From the NCBI GenBank assembly GCA_963714015.1, contig OY970223.1:2688001-2752000 (forward strand): a DNA stretch of 64,000 bases, read 5' to 3'. Origin of the DNA: Vulcanimicrobiota bacterium. Lineage in GTDB: Bacteria > Vulcanimicrobiota > Vulcanimicrobiia > Vulcanimicrobiales > Vulcanimicrobiaceae. A program made the position numbers and the translations under genes. Positions 1 to 8,734 of this stretch are shown in pieces (within the stretch, counting starts at the first letter, position 1; each line of letters opens with the position of its first letter). The notes below the pieces were generated by a model. The model did no database searches. It was not told the DNA's origin and worked only from the letters and a program-made list of their open reading frames with translations.

Positions 1-507
1 GCGATCGATGATGTCGAGCTCGCCCTCTTTCACCGCGCCGCGGCGGTTGTACGAATCGCGGATCCGCATTAGCAATCCAACGCCGGTCGTAAAGACGGCC
101 AGGGTGCCGCGCTCGACGCAGTCGTTCACGATTGCGCCGGCCAGATGGGTTTTCCCGATGCCGGGCTCGCCGCTCCACAGGTACGCACCGATCGATGGCG
201 CGTTCGGATTCGCGGCGGCGTCTGCAACCTCGCGGGCAGCGACGTAGCCATCACGGTTCCCGTCGTCGACGGTGAAATTCTCGAATCGGCGCGTCTCGAA
301 TCGCGGTCCGATCTCGGACAACTTCCGGCACAATTCCACGGCCCGAGTGCGGCGCTGGTCCTGCCATGCCGCGAACTCGGCCTGGTCACGCGCTTCGCGC
401 TCCGCAAGCCGTTGCTCCGGCGTCTTGTTCCGTGCGCGCTCGAGCATCTCGTCGAACGTCTTCGGCCACGCAGATTCCATGCGATCGCTCACGCTATCGA
501 GGGTCAT
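1..507 (-). CDS. DnaC/IstB-like ATPase (phage helicase loader), runs off window edge
   Basis: Manual translation from ATG at 507: ...GPRFETRRFENF...GAYLWSGEPGIGKTHLAGAIVN (Walker A); ATGA overlap with the upstream initiator. Confidence 0.85.
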   Translation of the reverse strand, partial: MTLDSVSDRMESAWPKTFDEMLERARNKTPEQRLAEREARDQAEFAAWQDQRRTRAVELCRKLSEIGPRFETRRFENFTVDDGNRDGYVAAREVADAAANPNAPSIGAYLWSGEPGIGKTHLAGAIVNDCVERGTLAVFTTGVGLLMRIRDSYNRRGAVKEGELDIIDR

Positions 508-1403
508 GCGGCACCTTTTCGGGCACGTTCTTGCTGCTCTTGACGCTCGATCCGGGCGATGTAATCGGCCGATTCTGCTGAGACATTGCCCTTCTGTCCA
601 GCGTGCGGCGCGGTAGACTCGCCCCGGATTTCATCCCAATTCCAAGCGGAAAGCAGTCCGCCGGGTGTTACGGCACGCCGGATTCGGCGCGCTTTCGAGG
701 CCATGAAGAACCGTTCGGCCCTCGCCGAAATGTCGTCAGCCGAATAGACCGCGATGAGTTTTTCCGCATCGCCAAGATGCTTCAGGCACCAGGAAATGGG
801 ATCGAGCGACTCGTGCGCCGGAATAATCTCTTCGGCGAGGCCGCGGCGCAGGAACCAATCGCAGAGTTCGAACGCCGGGGAGCGGGCAGCTCGGGTGGCA
901 TTTTCAGCCGCGCGCGCGCTCTCAGCGAGCGAAGCGAGCTGAGTATTGGAACATGGATCATGGAACTCATCACTTTGCGAAGCGTTTGCTACCGCATCGC
1001 TATGCGTTTGCGATGCGTTCGCTATAGGGTCGCTATTAGGTTTGCTATAGCCTTGCCAGCGTTTTGCTGCGCCCTTCCTACCCGAGTCGCTAGCACGTTG
1101 GTTACGCTCATGCATTTCAGATCGGACGGATTCCATGAACGGCGAGTGCTCGGCGTCTGGCACGTTGGGATGCTCTACCAACCGACTTCCGAGAGCCGCC
1201 CGGATCGCGCGCATTTTAGCCGGTTTTACACGTCCTAAGCGAGCTTGCTGCGCGACATCGGCTGGGATACTTCCCTTCGTCCATTGTCGGCATAAGAGCA
1301 GCAAGTAAACCCCTATCTCTTCAGCCGTTAGGTCGGGCGTATCCGCTACAAAGCGGTCGATATAAAACGGCATGGCTGGGGGCGCGTAAAGGTCTTCGGG
1401 CAC
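504..1403 (-). CDS. Phage replication initiator, DUF1376/YdaU-like
   Basis: N-terminal PAMPFYIDRFVADT...LTAEEIGVYLLLL motif and GRKGAAKRW; directly upstream of the DnaC-like gene. Confidence 0.8.
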   Translation of the reverse strand: MPEDLYAPPAMPFYIDRFVADTPDLTAEEIGVYLLLLCRQWTKGSIPADVAQQARLGRVKPAKMRAIRAALGSRLVEHPNVPDAEHSPFMESVRSEMHERNQRASDSGRKGAAKRWQGYSKPNSDPIANASQTHSDAVANASQSDEFHDPCSNTQLASLAESARAAENATRAARSPAFELCDWFLRRGLAEEIIPAHESLDPISWCLKHLGDAEKLIAVYSADDISARAERFFMASKARRIRRAVTPGGLLSAWNWDEIRGESTAPHAGQKGNVSAESADYIARIERQEQQERARKGAA

Positions 1404-1404
1404 G

Positions 1405-1656
1405 CTATTGGTTCACCCAAAAAATATCGAGGTGATTATGGAAGTAGACGGCCGTCCAGATGACGACGCAGATCGCGAGATAGACTACCAGCCCGCGCAT
1501 TGCACCGCGCGCCACCGCCGGCGGGAGGAGTTGCCCGTCGTCGAGCCAGCGATCGCACGCGGCCGCAAAAGCGCGTCCAAGTGAAACCGCTCGCTTTACT
1601 AAAAGTGAGGGGTGGAGGCTATTGAATTGTCTGTTGAACCGTCTGCCCACCCTCAT
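1405..1656 (-). CDS. Small phage membrane protein
   Basis: 83-aa ORF with C-terminal hydrophobic segment, in operon. Confidence 0.5.
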   Translation of the reverse strand: MRVGRRFNRQFNSLHPSLLVKRAVSLGRAFAAACDRWLDDGQLLPPAVARGAMRGLVVYLAICVVIWTAVYFHNHLDIFWVNQ

Positions 1657-2585
1657 GACGCGCGCTTCTCTTTCAACCGGACAATCCGGGCAACGATCTC
1701 TTCTGCCTCCTCGAGCATCGTAATCGTCGTATAGTCCGTCTGCTTCCCGCGCGTTACGTATTTGACGACCGCGGCGATCTGCGTCTGCGCGATAGCGTAC
1801 TGCGCAACCAACTCGCCGATCTTGGCGATGGTGCGCGCCAGTAACTCGCCGCGCGTGGGAACGTCGCCACGCGCCTGCGCGTCCGCTAACTGCTCACCCT
1901 TGAGCGGCGGAGGCTCAGCCTTCTTCTGTCGCGTCAGCGCGATGAACCGGGCATAGTCGAGCCCCTGGATCTGTTGGCCGACCTTCAGATCCGGCGCCGC
2001 GCTTTTCTCAACGTGGAAGATGGGCGGCGCCACGCGCGGATCGCCTTTGGACTCCAAACGGAAGATGTAGTCAAACGCGTACCGGAACTTCTCGTCGCCG
2101 ATAAATTTCAGGCCATCGGCGCGGAAATCACGGCCCTGCCGAACTAACTTCGTCGCCTGATGCGCCGTGAAGATCACGTTTTTCGCGGTGACGCCAAACG
2201 CGAAGTCTAGGCACGCCCCGAAGCGACGATTCACCGTCACCCAATCCGTAACGTACTTTCCGTTCTCCGTTCGCGACGTGTGTTCGACGACCAGGTCCGC
2301 ATAGATAGCGCTCGCGGAATCGGTGACGACAGTTTTACCGGGTGCACTTGGCGCGCGCAGTTCCTTGAATGCCGCAGCAACGTCGGAAAGGCTCGTCGGC
2401 GCGAAGTGCATGAAGTGGAAACGGTCACGGAAGTGCGCCGCACGGCCGCCCTCACGGTCAACGAATACCGGATCAGGCCAAGTCATGGCCGTATGCGTTT
2501 TTCCGACGCCGTTCGGTCCCCAAAAAAGAATCTTGTCGAAGACGTCGGCATCGGTGATCTGTCCGGAATCTTTGAATAGGCTCAT
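1653..2585 (-). CDS. AAA_24/Sak4-like phage recombination ATPase
   Basis: ILFWGPNGVGKT Walker A, VVTDS Walker B, VIFTAH; own GGAGG RBS before ATG 2585. Confidence 0.8.
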   Translation of the reverse strand: MSLFKDSGQITDADVFDKILFWGPNGVGKTHTAMTWPDPVFVDREGGRAAHFRDRFHFMHFAPTSLSDVAAAFKELRAPSAPGKTVVTDSASAIYADLVVEHTSRTENGKYVTDWVTVNRRFGACLDFAFGVTAKNVIFTAHQATKLVRQGRDFRADGLKFIGDEKFRYAFDYIFRLESKGDPRVAPPIFHVEKSAAPDLKVGQQIQGLDYARFIALTRQKKAEPPPLKGEQLADAQARGDVPTRGELLARTIAKIGELVAQYAIAQTQIAAVVKYVTRGKQTDYTTITMLEEAEEIVARIVRLKEKRAS

Positions 2586-2870
2586 TGCGCAGCCTCCACG
2601 AGCGGATGCGACGCCTCGGGCGGCTCGACGCTGATCTGATAAGCTCGACACGTCCGGATTCGAACGCACGAGTTGGTGGAACGCGGCGCCCGCGGATTCA
2701 GCGGCGAGAATCTGGTTGTATGTGTCCGCTGAAACCGGCGAGTAGTGCCACACGGCCGACCATCCGTCTTTGCGCGGATGGAACTTCAGTTCTAAAATGG
2801 CCTCGCCGTCGTGACCGACCTCGGCAAACGCGCTGGATGAGACCTTGACGCGTTCGATATCGCGGCGCAT
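2582..2870 (-). CDS. KTSC-domain protein (apparent fusion to the next gene is probably an indel artefact)
   Basis: VSSSAFAEVGHD...LELKF...YSPV...AESAGAAF pattern typical of KTSC. Confidence 0.7.
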
Positions 2871-3522
2871 CTATGACACGACCTTGAGCGGCGTAATGTT
2901 CTTCTCGCCTTTCGGGAGGGGCTCGAAGATCAATCGCGGCGGCCCGAACGTGTCGACAACGTTGGCGTCGACGATCTCGGCAACACGCCCGCCATACGCC
3001 TTGGCAAGGGTACGCAAGTTTCCGGCATGCGAATTATAGACGGGCTTCGCGCCGAGATTGACGATCTGCGCGATGATGTCGGGGTGCAACCCTGAAACAT
3101 CGACGCCCTCAACCCATACGGCGTTCTTCAATTCCGCTGCGGGGAGAATGTCGGAAGAGCTCCAGTAAGCCGGCGATGCGCTTGTCGATGATTTTCGACG
3201 CGGTTACCTCGCACCGATACGTGTCACTCGGAAGTTTTTTGGCCCCGCGCTCGATGATACGCTTTAGCGCTACCGCTTCCGCAAGGCGCACGAGCACACG
3301 GTCCGGGCCGACTTCCTCTTCAAACTTCGCCTGCTGAAGATGGACATGTGCTTTGATTGCGCCGGCAGTCTCAAGGAACGACTCGTCGTCCATTGAGAGG
3401 AACTGCTTAACCGCTTCGAGCGACCGAGGGTCGCCATCGGCGACGATTTCGTGCGCCGCTTTTTCGAGTGGGTCTGTGACGACCTGCGGCGGGGTTGTAA
3501 TCTTTTCTTGCGTTTCGTTCAC
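2871..3522 (-). CDS. Phage hypothetical protein, frameshifted near 3140
   Basis: Overlapping ORFs 3109-3522 and 2871-3131 read as one gene. Confidence 0.55.
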
Positions 3523-3870
3523 GCTGCTTTACTCCGTAACTTTCGAAATTCGAAGGCGTCGGCGAGATCCGGTTCTTGTTCCGAAATCAATCGCGCATAG
3601 TACGCAGTGTAGGAATTGTCTAAGGCGTAATCGTTCTCGCCCTTGGTGCGCACGCCGAATTCGTAGCGCAACTTCTCCCAGAGCATCTTCATGCCGATGC
3701 GATGGTGACCCGTGGCCTCGCGATACTCGCGCGCCAGCATGACCAGCGCGACGTAGACGTGCGTGTTTAACGCGTGAAATTCGCGAAAACGCTGCGCAAT
3801 CGGGCCGCGCTTCTTCCCGACCGGAATGATCTTCGTCGAGAAGAGACTGCAACTGCGCGAGATTGCTCAT
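3519..3870 (-). CDS. Phage hypothetical protein, frameshifted
   Basis: ATG 3870 overlaps the upstream stop; C-terminal RIGMKMLWEKLRYE...DNSYTAYYARL segment in ORF 3519-3740. Confidence 0.55.
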
Positions 3871-4196
3871 TGCGCAGCCCACGGAAGCGTGCAGACCCAC
3901 CATAAGCCGGCGATGACGCTGCCGAAGATCAGCCAGCCGCCAAGATACGCGGCCGGAACCTCGAGGCACGAATACCAGGGAGCACGCGGGACTTCGGAAG
4001 CCTCGGCCGCTTCGACGGCCCGGACTTTCTCAAGTCGCGCGACGTCGTCGGGCGTCGCTTCCGGCATAATCTCCGCGCACCAGGGCGGAACATGCGATCC
4101 GCTGCGCGATTCGATCTGTCCGGAAGTGGTGAATACGACGCTCGGCGCGCTCGTCCAACGGAACCGAAGCTCGGCGAATTGCTGCGCGGTCATCAC
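3867..4196 (-). CDS. Phage hypothetical protein with C-terminal TM helix
   Basis: GTGA overlap with the upstream gene; hydrophobic C-terminus. Confidence 0.55.
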   Translation of the reverse strand: MMTAQQFAELRFRWTSAPSVVFTTSGQIESRSGSHVPPWCAEIMPEATPDDVARLEKVRAVEAAEASEVPRAPWYSCLEVPAAYLGGWLIFGSVIAGLWWVCTLPWAAQ

Positions 4197-4576
4197 GCGG
4201 ACACCCGGCACTCTTCGCACGTCGGCGGACATTTCGCGCGCACAATGACGCACGACCGGCAAATCCACTTCTCAGGACCGATGACGACGTACGTGCCGTC
4301 ATCCTGCGGCCAAAGCCCAAGATTCGCGCCGTCGTAGCCAACCGGCTTCGCACAATCGGCGCACGGCTTCTGCGCGACCGCGACGCAGAACGGGCAGTAG
4401 GCGTTCTCTTTTGAACACGGAGCGCAGAGCAGCGAGTCCGTGCAGCCGGCGCAATTCGTTGCCGCCGTACCGTTGGCGTCCTCGTAGCCGCCGATGCTCA
4501 AGCCGTGATCCCCACCACCGCCTACGGCGAATAATTCCGACTTGCAGTCGGCGCAGACCGATGAATAGCCAGCCAT
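4193..4576 (-). CDS. Cys-rich, putative zinc-binding phage protein
   Basis: Multiple CxxC motifs in 127 aa. Confidence 0.6.
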   Translation of the reverse strand: MAGYSSVCADCKSELFAVGGGGDHGLSIGGYEDANGTAATNCAGCTDSLLCAPCSKENAYCPFCVAVAQKPCADCAKPVGYDGANLGLWPQDDGTYVVIGPEKWICRSCVIVRAKCPPTCEECRVSA

Positions 4577-4578
4577 GA

Positions 4579-4860
4579 TCAGGCGACTTCCGGTCTGAAG
4601 GACGTGAAAGTGCCGTCAGCGTTTCGCACGTATGGCCAGCCGTAGACGACGGCTTCATAGGGCCCGCCGGTCTGCGGCGGCTCGGACGCGACTTCCATCG
4701 CGACGTCATGCAGGTTCGCAGCGGCGTCAAGAACGCCGAGCAGGTTCCCATTGGGATTCGGTGTAGACTGGTGTTGCATCGTACGCTCCTTTACAGCGGT
4801 GATGCGAAGCGGCGTAGCGTTGACAGACGTTGCGCCGTTCTGATTTTGAAAGGTGATCAT
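4579..4860 (-). CDS. Phage hypothetical protein
   Basis: ORF in tightly packed early operon. Confidence 0.5.
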   Translation of the reverse strand: MITFQNQNGATSVNATPLRITAVKERTMQHQSTPNPNGNLLGVLDAAANLHDVAMEVASEPPQTGGPYEAVVYGWPYVRNADGTFTSFRPEVA

Positions 4861-4985
4861 GCCGCGTCGGACTCGCGCCGGCGCCGTTCGTTATTCAGGT
4901 CCGCGCGCTCGAGTGCGTACAGGACGGAGACCGCTTCAGTGCTGTCATCCAGCACGATCGGAGCCGGCGTAACCGCGTCGTTCAT
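4857..4985 (-). CDS. Small phage hypothetical protein (42 aa)
   Basis: MNDAVTPAPIVLDD...; ATGA overlaps at both ends. Confidence 0.45.
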   Translation of the reverse strand: MNDAVTPAPIVLDDSTEAVSVLYALERADLNNERRRRESDAA

Positions 4986-5224
4986 GCCGCCTCACGGCGA
5001 ATGATGCTCTTGATTGCATCGTCCGCAAGCGCGCGGCGGGCGCGCTGAAGGCGAACCGTCGCGCGTTCAACGGCTTGGCTCGCCAAGTAGAATTCTTCGA
5101 TGATCGATTCGCTGAGCGGAATCTGTCGATCGTCCAAGCGTGCCTTGCGGCCAGCGCCCAGGCGCGCACCGCCGCGTTTTGATTTCGCAGGCGAGCAGGC
5201 GGACTGTGATACGCTGGTTGCCAT
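4982..5224 (-). CDS. Phage hypothetical protein with basic RGGARxGAGRK motif
   Basis: ORF directly after the cro-like gene. Confidence 0.55.
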   Translation of the reverse strand: MATSVSQSACSPAKSKRGGARLGAGRKARLDDRQIPLSESIIEEFYLASQAVERATVRLQRARRALADDAIKSIIRREAA

Positions 5225-5226
5225 GA

Positions 5227-5427
5227 CTAGGCCACTGCCCCCAACGTAAGGCTACGAAAGCGCTCGGATGCTTTCTGCAGTGTTATTACCGCGTCGCCCG
5301 GCATACGGCTCGCACCATCTTGCCAGCGCTTTACGGTGTTTGCGGAGCGGCCGGTGAGGACCGCCACGTACTCGTCCGACCAGCCTTCGTGCTGTTGGGT
5401 CTGGGCGAGCGCGTCTTTCAGTTCCAT
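5227..5427 (-). CDS. Cro-like HTH protein
   Basis: 66 aa, VAVLTGRSANTVKRW helix-turn-helix; divergent from the repressor. Confidence 0.7.
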   Translation of the reverse strand: MELKDALAQTQQHEGWSDEYVAVLTGRSANTVKRWQDGASRMPGDAVITLQKASERFRSLTLGAVA

Positions 5428-5436
5428 CGTAAGGCT

Positions 5437-5486
5437 ATGTTACAGAAATGTTCACCCTTTTGTCAACACTAATGTAAACATTTCTG
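5437..5486. promoter_or_regulatory. Lysis/lysogeny switch: leftward sigma70 promoter and inverted operator pair
   Basis: Minus-strand TTGACA (5461-5466)-18 bp-TAACAT (5437-5442); inverted repeats CAGAAATGTTCAC (5443-5455) and GTAAACATTTCTG (5474-5486), one mismatch. Confidence 0.7.
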
Positions 5487-5498
5487 GGGTAGCCTGAA

Positions 5499-5846
5499 GT
5501 GGTGACAGAGACGTTTTCAGAGCGCCTCGCTCGGTTATGTCAAGAGGCCGGAGTCAGTAAAACCGAACTTGCCACGATTTTGGAGGTCAGCGAAAACCAA
5601 GCAAGACGCATCCTTGATGGAACCACCCAAAGCCTGAAGCTGCTGCCTGCTTGGCGGCTCTCAAAACGCCTGGGGATCACCCTCTCCGCACTAGTCGGCG
5701 AATCTCCCGAGGACGCTACGCGATCCATCGACCGGGACGCGCTGATCGCGTTGGGGGGCATGAATCTTGTTCAGGCGCTGCGAGAGTTGCAATCTCGCGT
5801 TGAATCTCTTGAAGAACGGAGCCGCAAGACTGACCTAAAAGCGTGA
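5499..5846 (+). CDS. CI-like XRE-family repressor
   Basis: FSERLARL...SKTELATILEVSENQARRI HTH; no obvious S24 peptidase domain. Confidence 0.8.
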   Translation: MVTETFSERLARLCQEAGVSKTELATILEVSENQARRILDGTTQSLKLLPAWRLSKRLGITLSALVGESPEDATRSIDRDALIALGGMNLVQALRELQSRVESLEERSRKTDLKA

Positions 5847-5910
5847 ACGCAAACTCTGCCACATCGAGGCGGTCGGTCATCTTCTTTACGTTCCTTACCG
5901 GAGGGTGTCC

Positions 5911-6663
5911 ATGGGAGCATTTCTTGAATTCGTTGGTTGCGTTTGCATCTGCTGGACCATTTTCGCGAGTAGTGCGCGTCCAGAACGGCTACGATTCGTC
6001 GTCGGTTTCGTCGGCGCGTTGCTCGCCGCAATGGGCCTCGGCTTAGACCCACCAAACGCCGCAGTCTGGCTCATTCTTTTCGGAGTGCTCTTCGCCGGCC
6101 TGGGCATTGCGAAAAAGGGATATCGCGCCGCCGGAATAGGTAGTGGGCTCGTGTTGCTGGTTATCGGCGCAAGCTTCATGCCGGGCACGTCGAGATCGCA
6201 GCGCACTGCCGTGGCCGCAGCGCCGTCACCCGCTCCGGTACATGCATTCAAAGCAGCGCCAACACCTCGCCCAACGCGCTCGCCCAAACCGACGCCTCCT
6301 CCTCCGCCGCCGACGCCAACGCCAAATCCGATATTACAAGAGAAGCACGACTTCATCGCAAGCGTCGACGAATCGATCTCAGGCCCGATGATCGAAGGTA
6401 ATCCGTACAAGTACGTTGGCGATAACGTCGACCTGCGCTGCACGGTAGAGAATATTCCAGATCCGTCGATGTTCAATGCTGCGTGCGGCCAGGACGACGA
6501 CGGCACCGACGCGATCATCGTTGTGCAATATGACGACACGTCCAGCTTGGACAAAGGGCAGTCGGTGCGCGTGCTCGGAACCGTCGTAACTCCGATGCAA
6601 GGAACAAACGCCATGGGCGGGTCGATGAACTTCCCGACCGTCGAAGCGCATTTTATGGAATAA
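5911..6663 (+). CDS. Membrane protein with Pro-rich linker and extracellular OB-fold-like domain
   Basis: About four N-terminal TM segments, PTPRPTRSPKPTPPPPPP linker, NPYKYVGDNV...GQSVRVLGTV. Confidence 0.7.
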   Translation: MGAFLEFVGCVCICWTIFASSARPERLRFVVGFVGALLAAMGLGLDPPNAAVWLILFGVLFAGLGIAKKGYRAAGIGSGLVLLVIGASFMPGTSRSQRTAVAAAPSPAPVHAFKAAPTPRPTRSPKPTPPPPPPTPTPNPILQEKHDFIASVDESISGPMIEGNPYKYVGDNVDLRCTVENIPDPSMFNAACGQDDDGTDAIIVVQYDDTSSLDKGQSVRVLGTVVTPMQGTNAMGGSMNFPTVEAHFME

Positions 6664-6675
6664 CGCGCTCCATAG

Positions 6676-6701
6676 CAAAAAGCGCCTCCAACGGATGCGC
6701 G
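6676..6701 (-). terminator. Putative intrinsic terminator for a leftward transcript
   Basis: Minus strand GCGCATCC-GTT-GGAGGCGC followed by TTTTT. Confidence 0.45.
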
Positions 6702-6793
6702 AGCTCGTTCCCTCATTATGGCGATTATCGGCTAGCCAATCCGCTAGCGCAAGAGTACTTTTTGGATCACCTTATCCACAGCCGCAATGCATC

Positions 6794-6809
6794 TGGGTAC
6801 TTTTGTACC
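6794..6809. promoter_or_regulatory. Palindromic box TGGGTACTTTTGTACC, copy 1
   Basis: Exact 16-bp repeat of 8654-8669; GGTAC-N4-GTACC dyad. Confidence 0.65.
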
Positions 6810-6875
6810 GCACTCTGTCACCGCTTCGTTTGTATCTGTCACCGTTTCACGGTATCGGCGCAGACCGTAAGATCG

Positions 6876-8406
6876 TCAATCGTAACTTTCGTCACCGTAG
6901 TTAACTAGAAGATCGCGCGTCGTCTTGGCGCCGAGACTTCCGCAAAACCGTGACCGTTCGATTGCGCACCGTATTCTCGCTGATATTGAGGTCCGCGGCG
7001 ATCGCCGCCCGGTTCTTGCCCTTGAGAATCATCACGAAGATTTCGCGTTCGCGTTCGGAGAGCGTCTGCAAACGCGGATCGGAGAGCCGTTCCTGATGAC
7101 GGTCGACGAGCCGGCGGAACCAGATATGGGGGAAATTCGCGTCGATCGTCTTGGCCGCGTACTCGAGCAGGCCGTCTTTGTGCTCCATTTCGCCGAGGTG
7201 AATCGCGGCCAGCGATGCCCGCCACAAGAACCCGATCGATCTCCAGGTGCGCCAGGCCGATTCGATATGCTGCGTTGCGGCGCTACGGTCTCCGTTCGAG
7301 CGCTCGACAACGCCGCTCGTGTAATCAATCAGTGCACGGATGCGCAGGTCCGGACGCGAGAAGGCGAGCAGCGGATATGCGGACGTCTTGATCTCGGCGT
7401 ACTTGTCCAAGAAGAACTTCGATCTCGTTGGATTCTTCGGCGCCGTCAACTCCGCCGCGAGTAAGAGCGCAGCTCGTTCATCACCGATGACCGTATCCCA
7501 ATCAATGGGCGCAAGGAGCGCTTCGGCTTCACGCAAGCAATGCTCGGAGAACGCCGCTTCGTTCAGCCCCGCGGCCAAATATGCGCGGTCAAGGAACGTT
7601 AGCGCACGTAACGCCGGCTTCGGCGCAACGGAAGCCGACTTCGAAAAGAAGTCATACGCCGTTGGTCCCTGCCCGGCAGTCGCGTAAAACCACGCGATAT
7701 TGCGTAGCGTCTGACACTGCTGCGCCGCAACGGAGGGAACCCATGGGACGTGCGCCGCTTTCGCCTCGACGTAGCAAGCCAGATCCGCACTGTCGAGCTC
7801 GCGCGCGAGCGCAGAAAGCGTTTGCACGCACCACGCCGCCATCCATACGTCGTACGCTGGTTCGCGAAAGAGCAAATCGATTGCGTCACGCAGATGAGCG
7901 ATCTGCTTGGTGAAATGCCCGCGCACCCCGGCGAGTCCAGCCAGCAACTCGAAACGTCGCGCCGGTTCAAATTCTACGACGGCAGGCTCGTTGAGCAGTT
8001 GCTCTGCGTCCGAATAATTGCCGAGCACCCAATGCGTGAGTGCTTCTTGATAGCACGCCTCGCCAAGAGCCGCACGATCGTCGAATTGCATCGCGTACCG
8101 GCGTGCCGCAGTGTGAACGAGCAGACCGTCTTTCGTCATATCCGAGCGGCACATTGCTGCGCCTAGCAGTGCAAGCGGGCGCGGTTTTTGCTCGAGCGGC
8201 AGATCGTTTACGAAAAAATAAAACCCCGACTGCAGCAGATCGACGTGCTTCCCAAGGCGCATGAAAATGCGCGCTCGCAGCATGCGCGCTTCAAGGCGCG
8301 AATCGTCGTGCGTAGCGGTAAGGCATTCATCGAATCGGGCTTGCTGGAACAAACGGCTTGCGTCGTCCGCCGAGTACCCGACCTTGGCGTTAGTCGTCGG
8401 TAACAT
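6876..8406 (-). CDS. TPR-like alpha-helical regulator with C-terminal LuxR-type HTH (candidate peptide receptor)
   Basis: LSEREREIFVMILKGKNRAAIAADLNISENTVRNR LuxR motif after ~430 aa of helical repeats. As given the ORF stops at 6901; a 1-bp correction gives ...KLGAKTTRDLL...YD* ending at 6876. Confidence 0.8.
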
Positions 8407-8407
8407 A

Positions 8408-8455
8408 GAAAAGATGGGGCACGATCTGTAGTATAGACCGTGCCCCCGCTCTTTT
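8408..8455 (-). terminator. Terminator-like hairpin between peptide and regulator genes
   Basis: Minus strand GGGGCACGGTCTATA-C-TACAGATCGTGCCCC followed by ATCTTTTCT and then the regulator ATG. Confidence 0.5.
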
Positions 8456-8477
8456 GAGAAATCAATCCGTAAATCTT

Positions 8478-8622
8478 TTAGCCGCCGCCGATTCCGCCCC
8501 CATTGTCAGCCGGCGGAGGTGTCGGTTGCGACGTGGCGTTGATCGTCACGTTCGCTGATGGCGGTTGAATCGGTGACAGAGCAAAAGACTAAACTGAGCA
8601 GCACGCCAAGAATGTAGATCAC
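8478..8622 (-). CDS. Small secreted peptide precursor (candidate signalling pro-peptide)
   Basis: AAGGAG RBS, GTG at 8622, hydrophobic MIYILGVLLSLVF. As given, 38 aa (stop at 8506); deleting one base of the A4 run at 8583-8586 gives 47 aa ending ...TSQPTPPPADNGGGIGGG*. Confidence 0.65.
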
Positions 8623-8653
8623 CGTAGGCTCCTTTGCAGACAAAAGTCGCTAG

Positions 8654-8669
8654 TGGGTACTTTTGTACC
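8654..8669. promoter_or_regulatory. Palindromic box TGGGTACTTTTGTACC, copy 2
   Basis: Lies between the divergent peptide and integrase starts; identical to 6794-6809. Confidence 0.65.
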
Positions 8670-8734
8670 TAGCACGTTGCTTCGCGGCGCATGTGTCAGT
8701 GCCCTGAGATCGTCGGACGATCTTTACGCAAGCG

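Noticed and set aside
1653..2870. KTSC-Sak4 ATPase fusion protein (405 aa)
   Set aside because: A 1-bp shift gives the KTSC gene its own stop in an ATGA overlap, with a GGAGG RBS for the ATPase; likely an indel artefact.
6772..6780. Perfect DnaA box TTATCCACA (also TTGTCCACA at 40723-40731)
   Set aside because: Isolated 9-mers with no cluster or AT-rich unwinding element; cannot support an origin.
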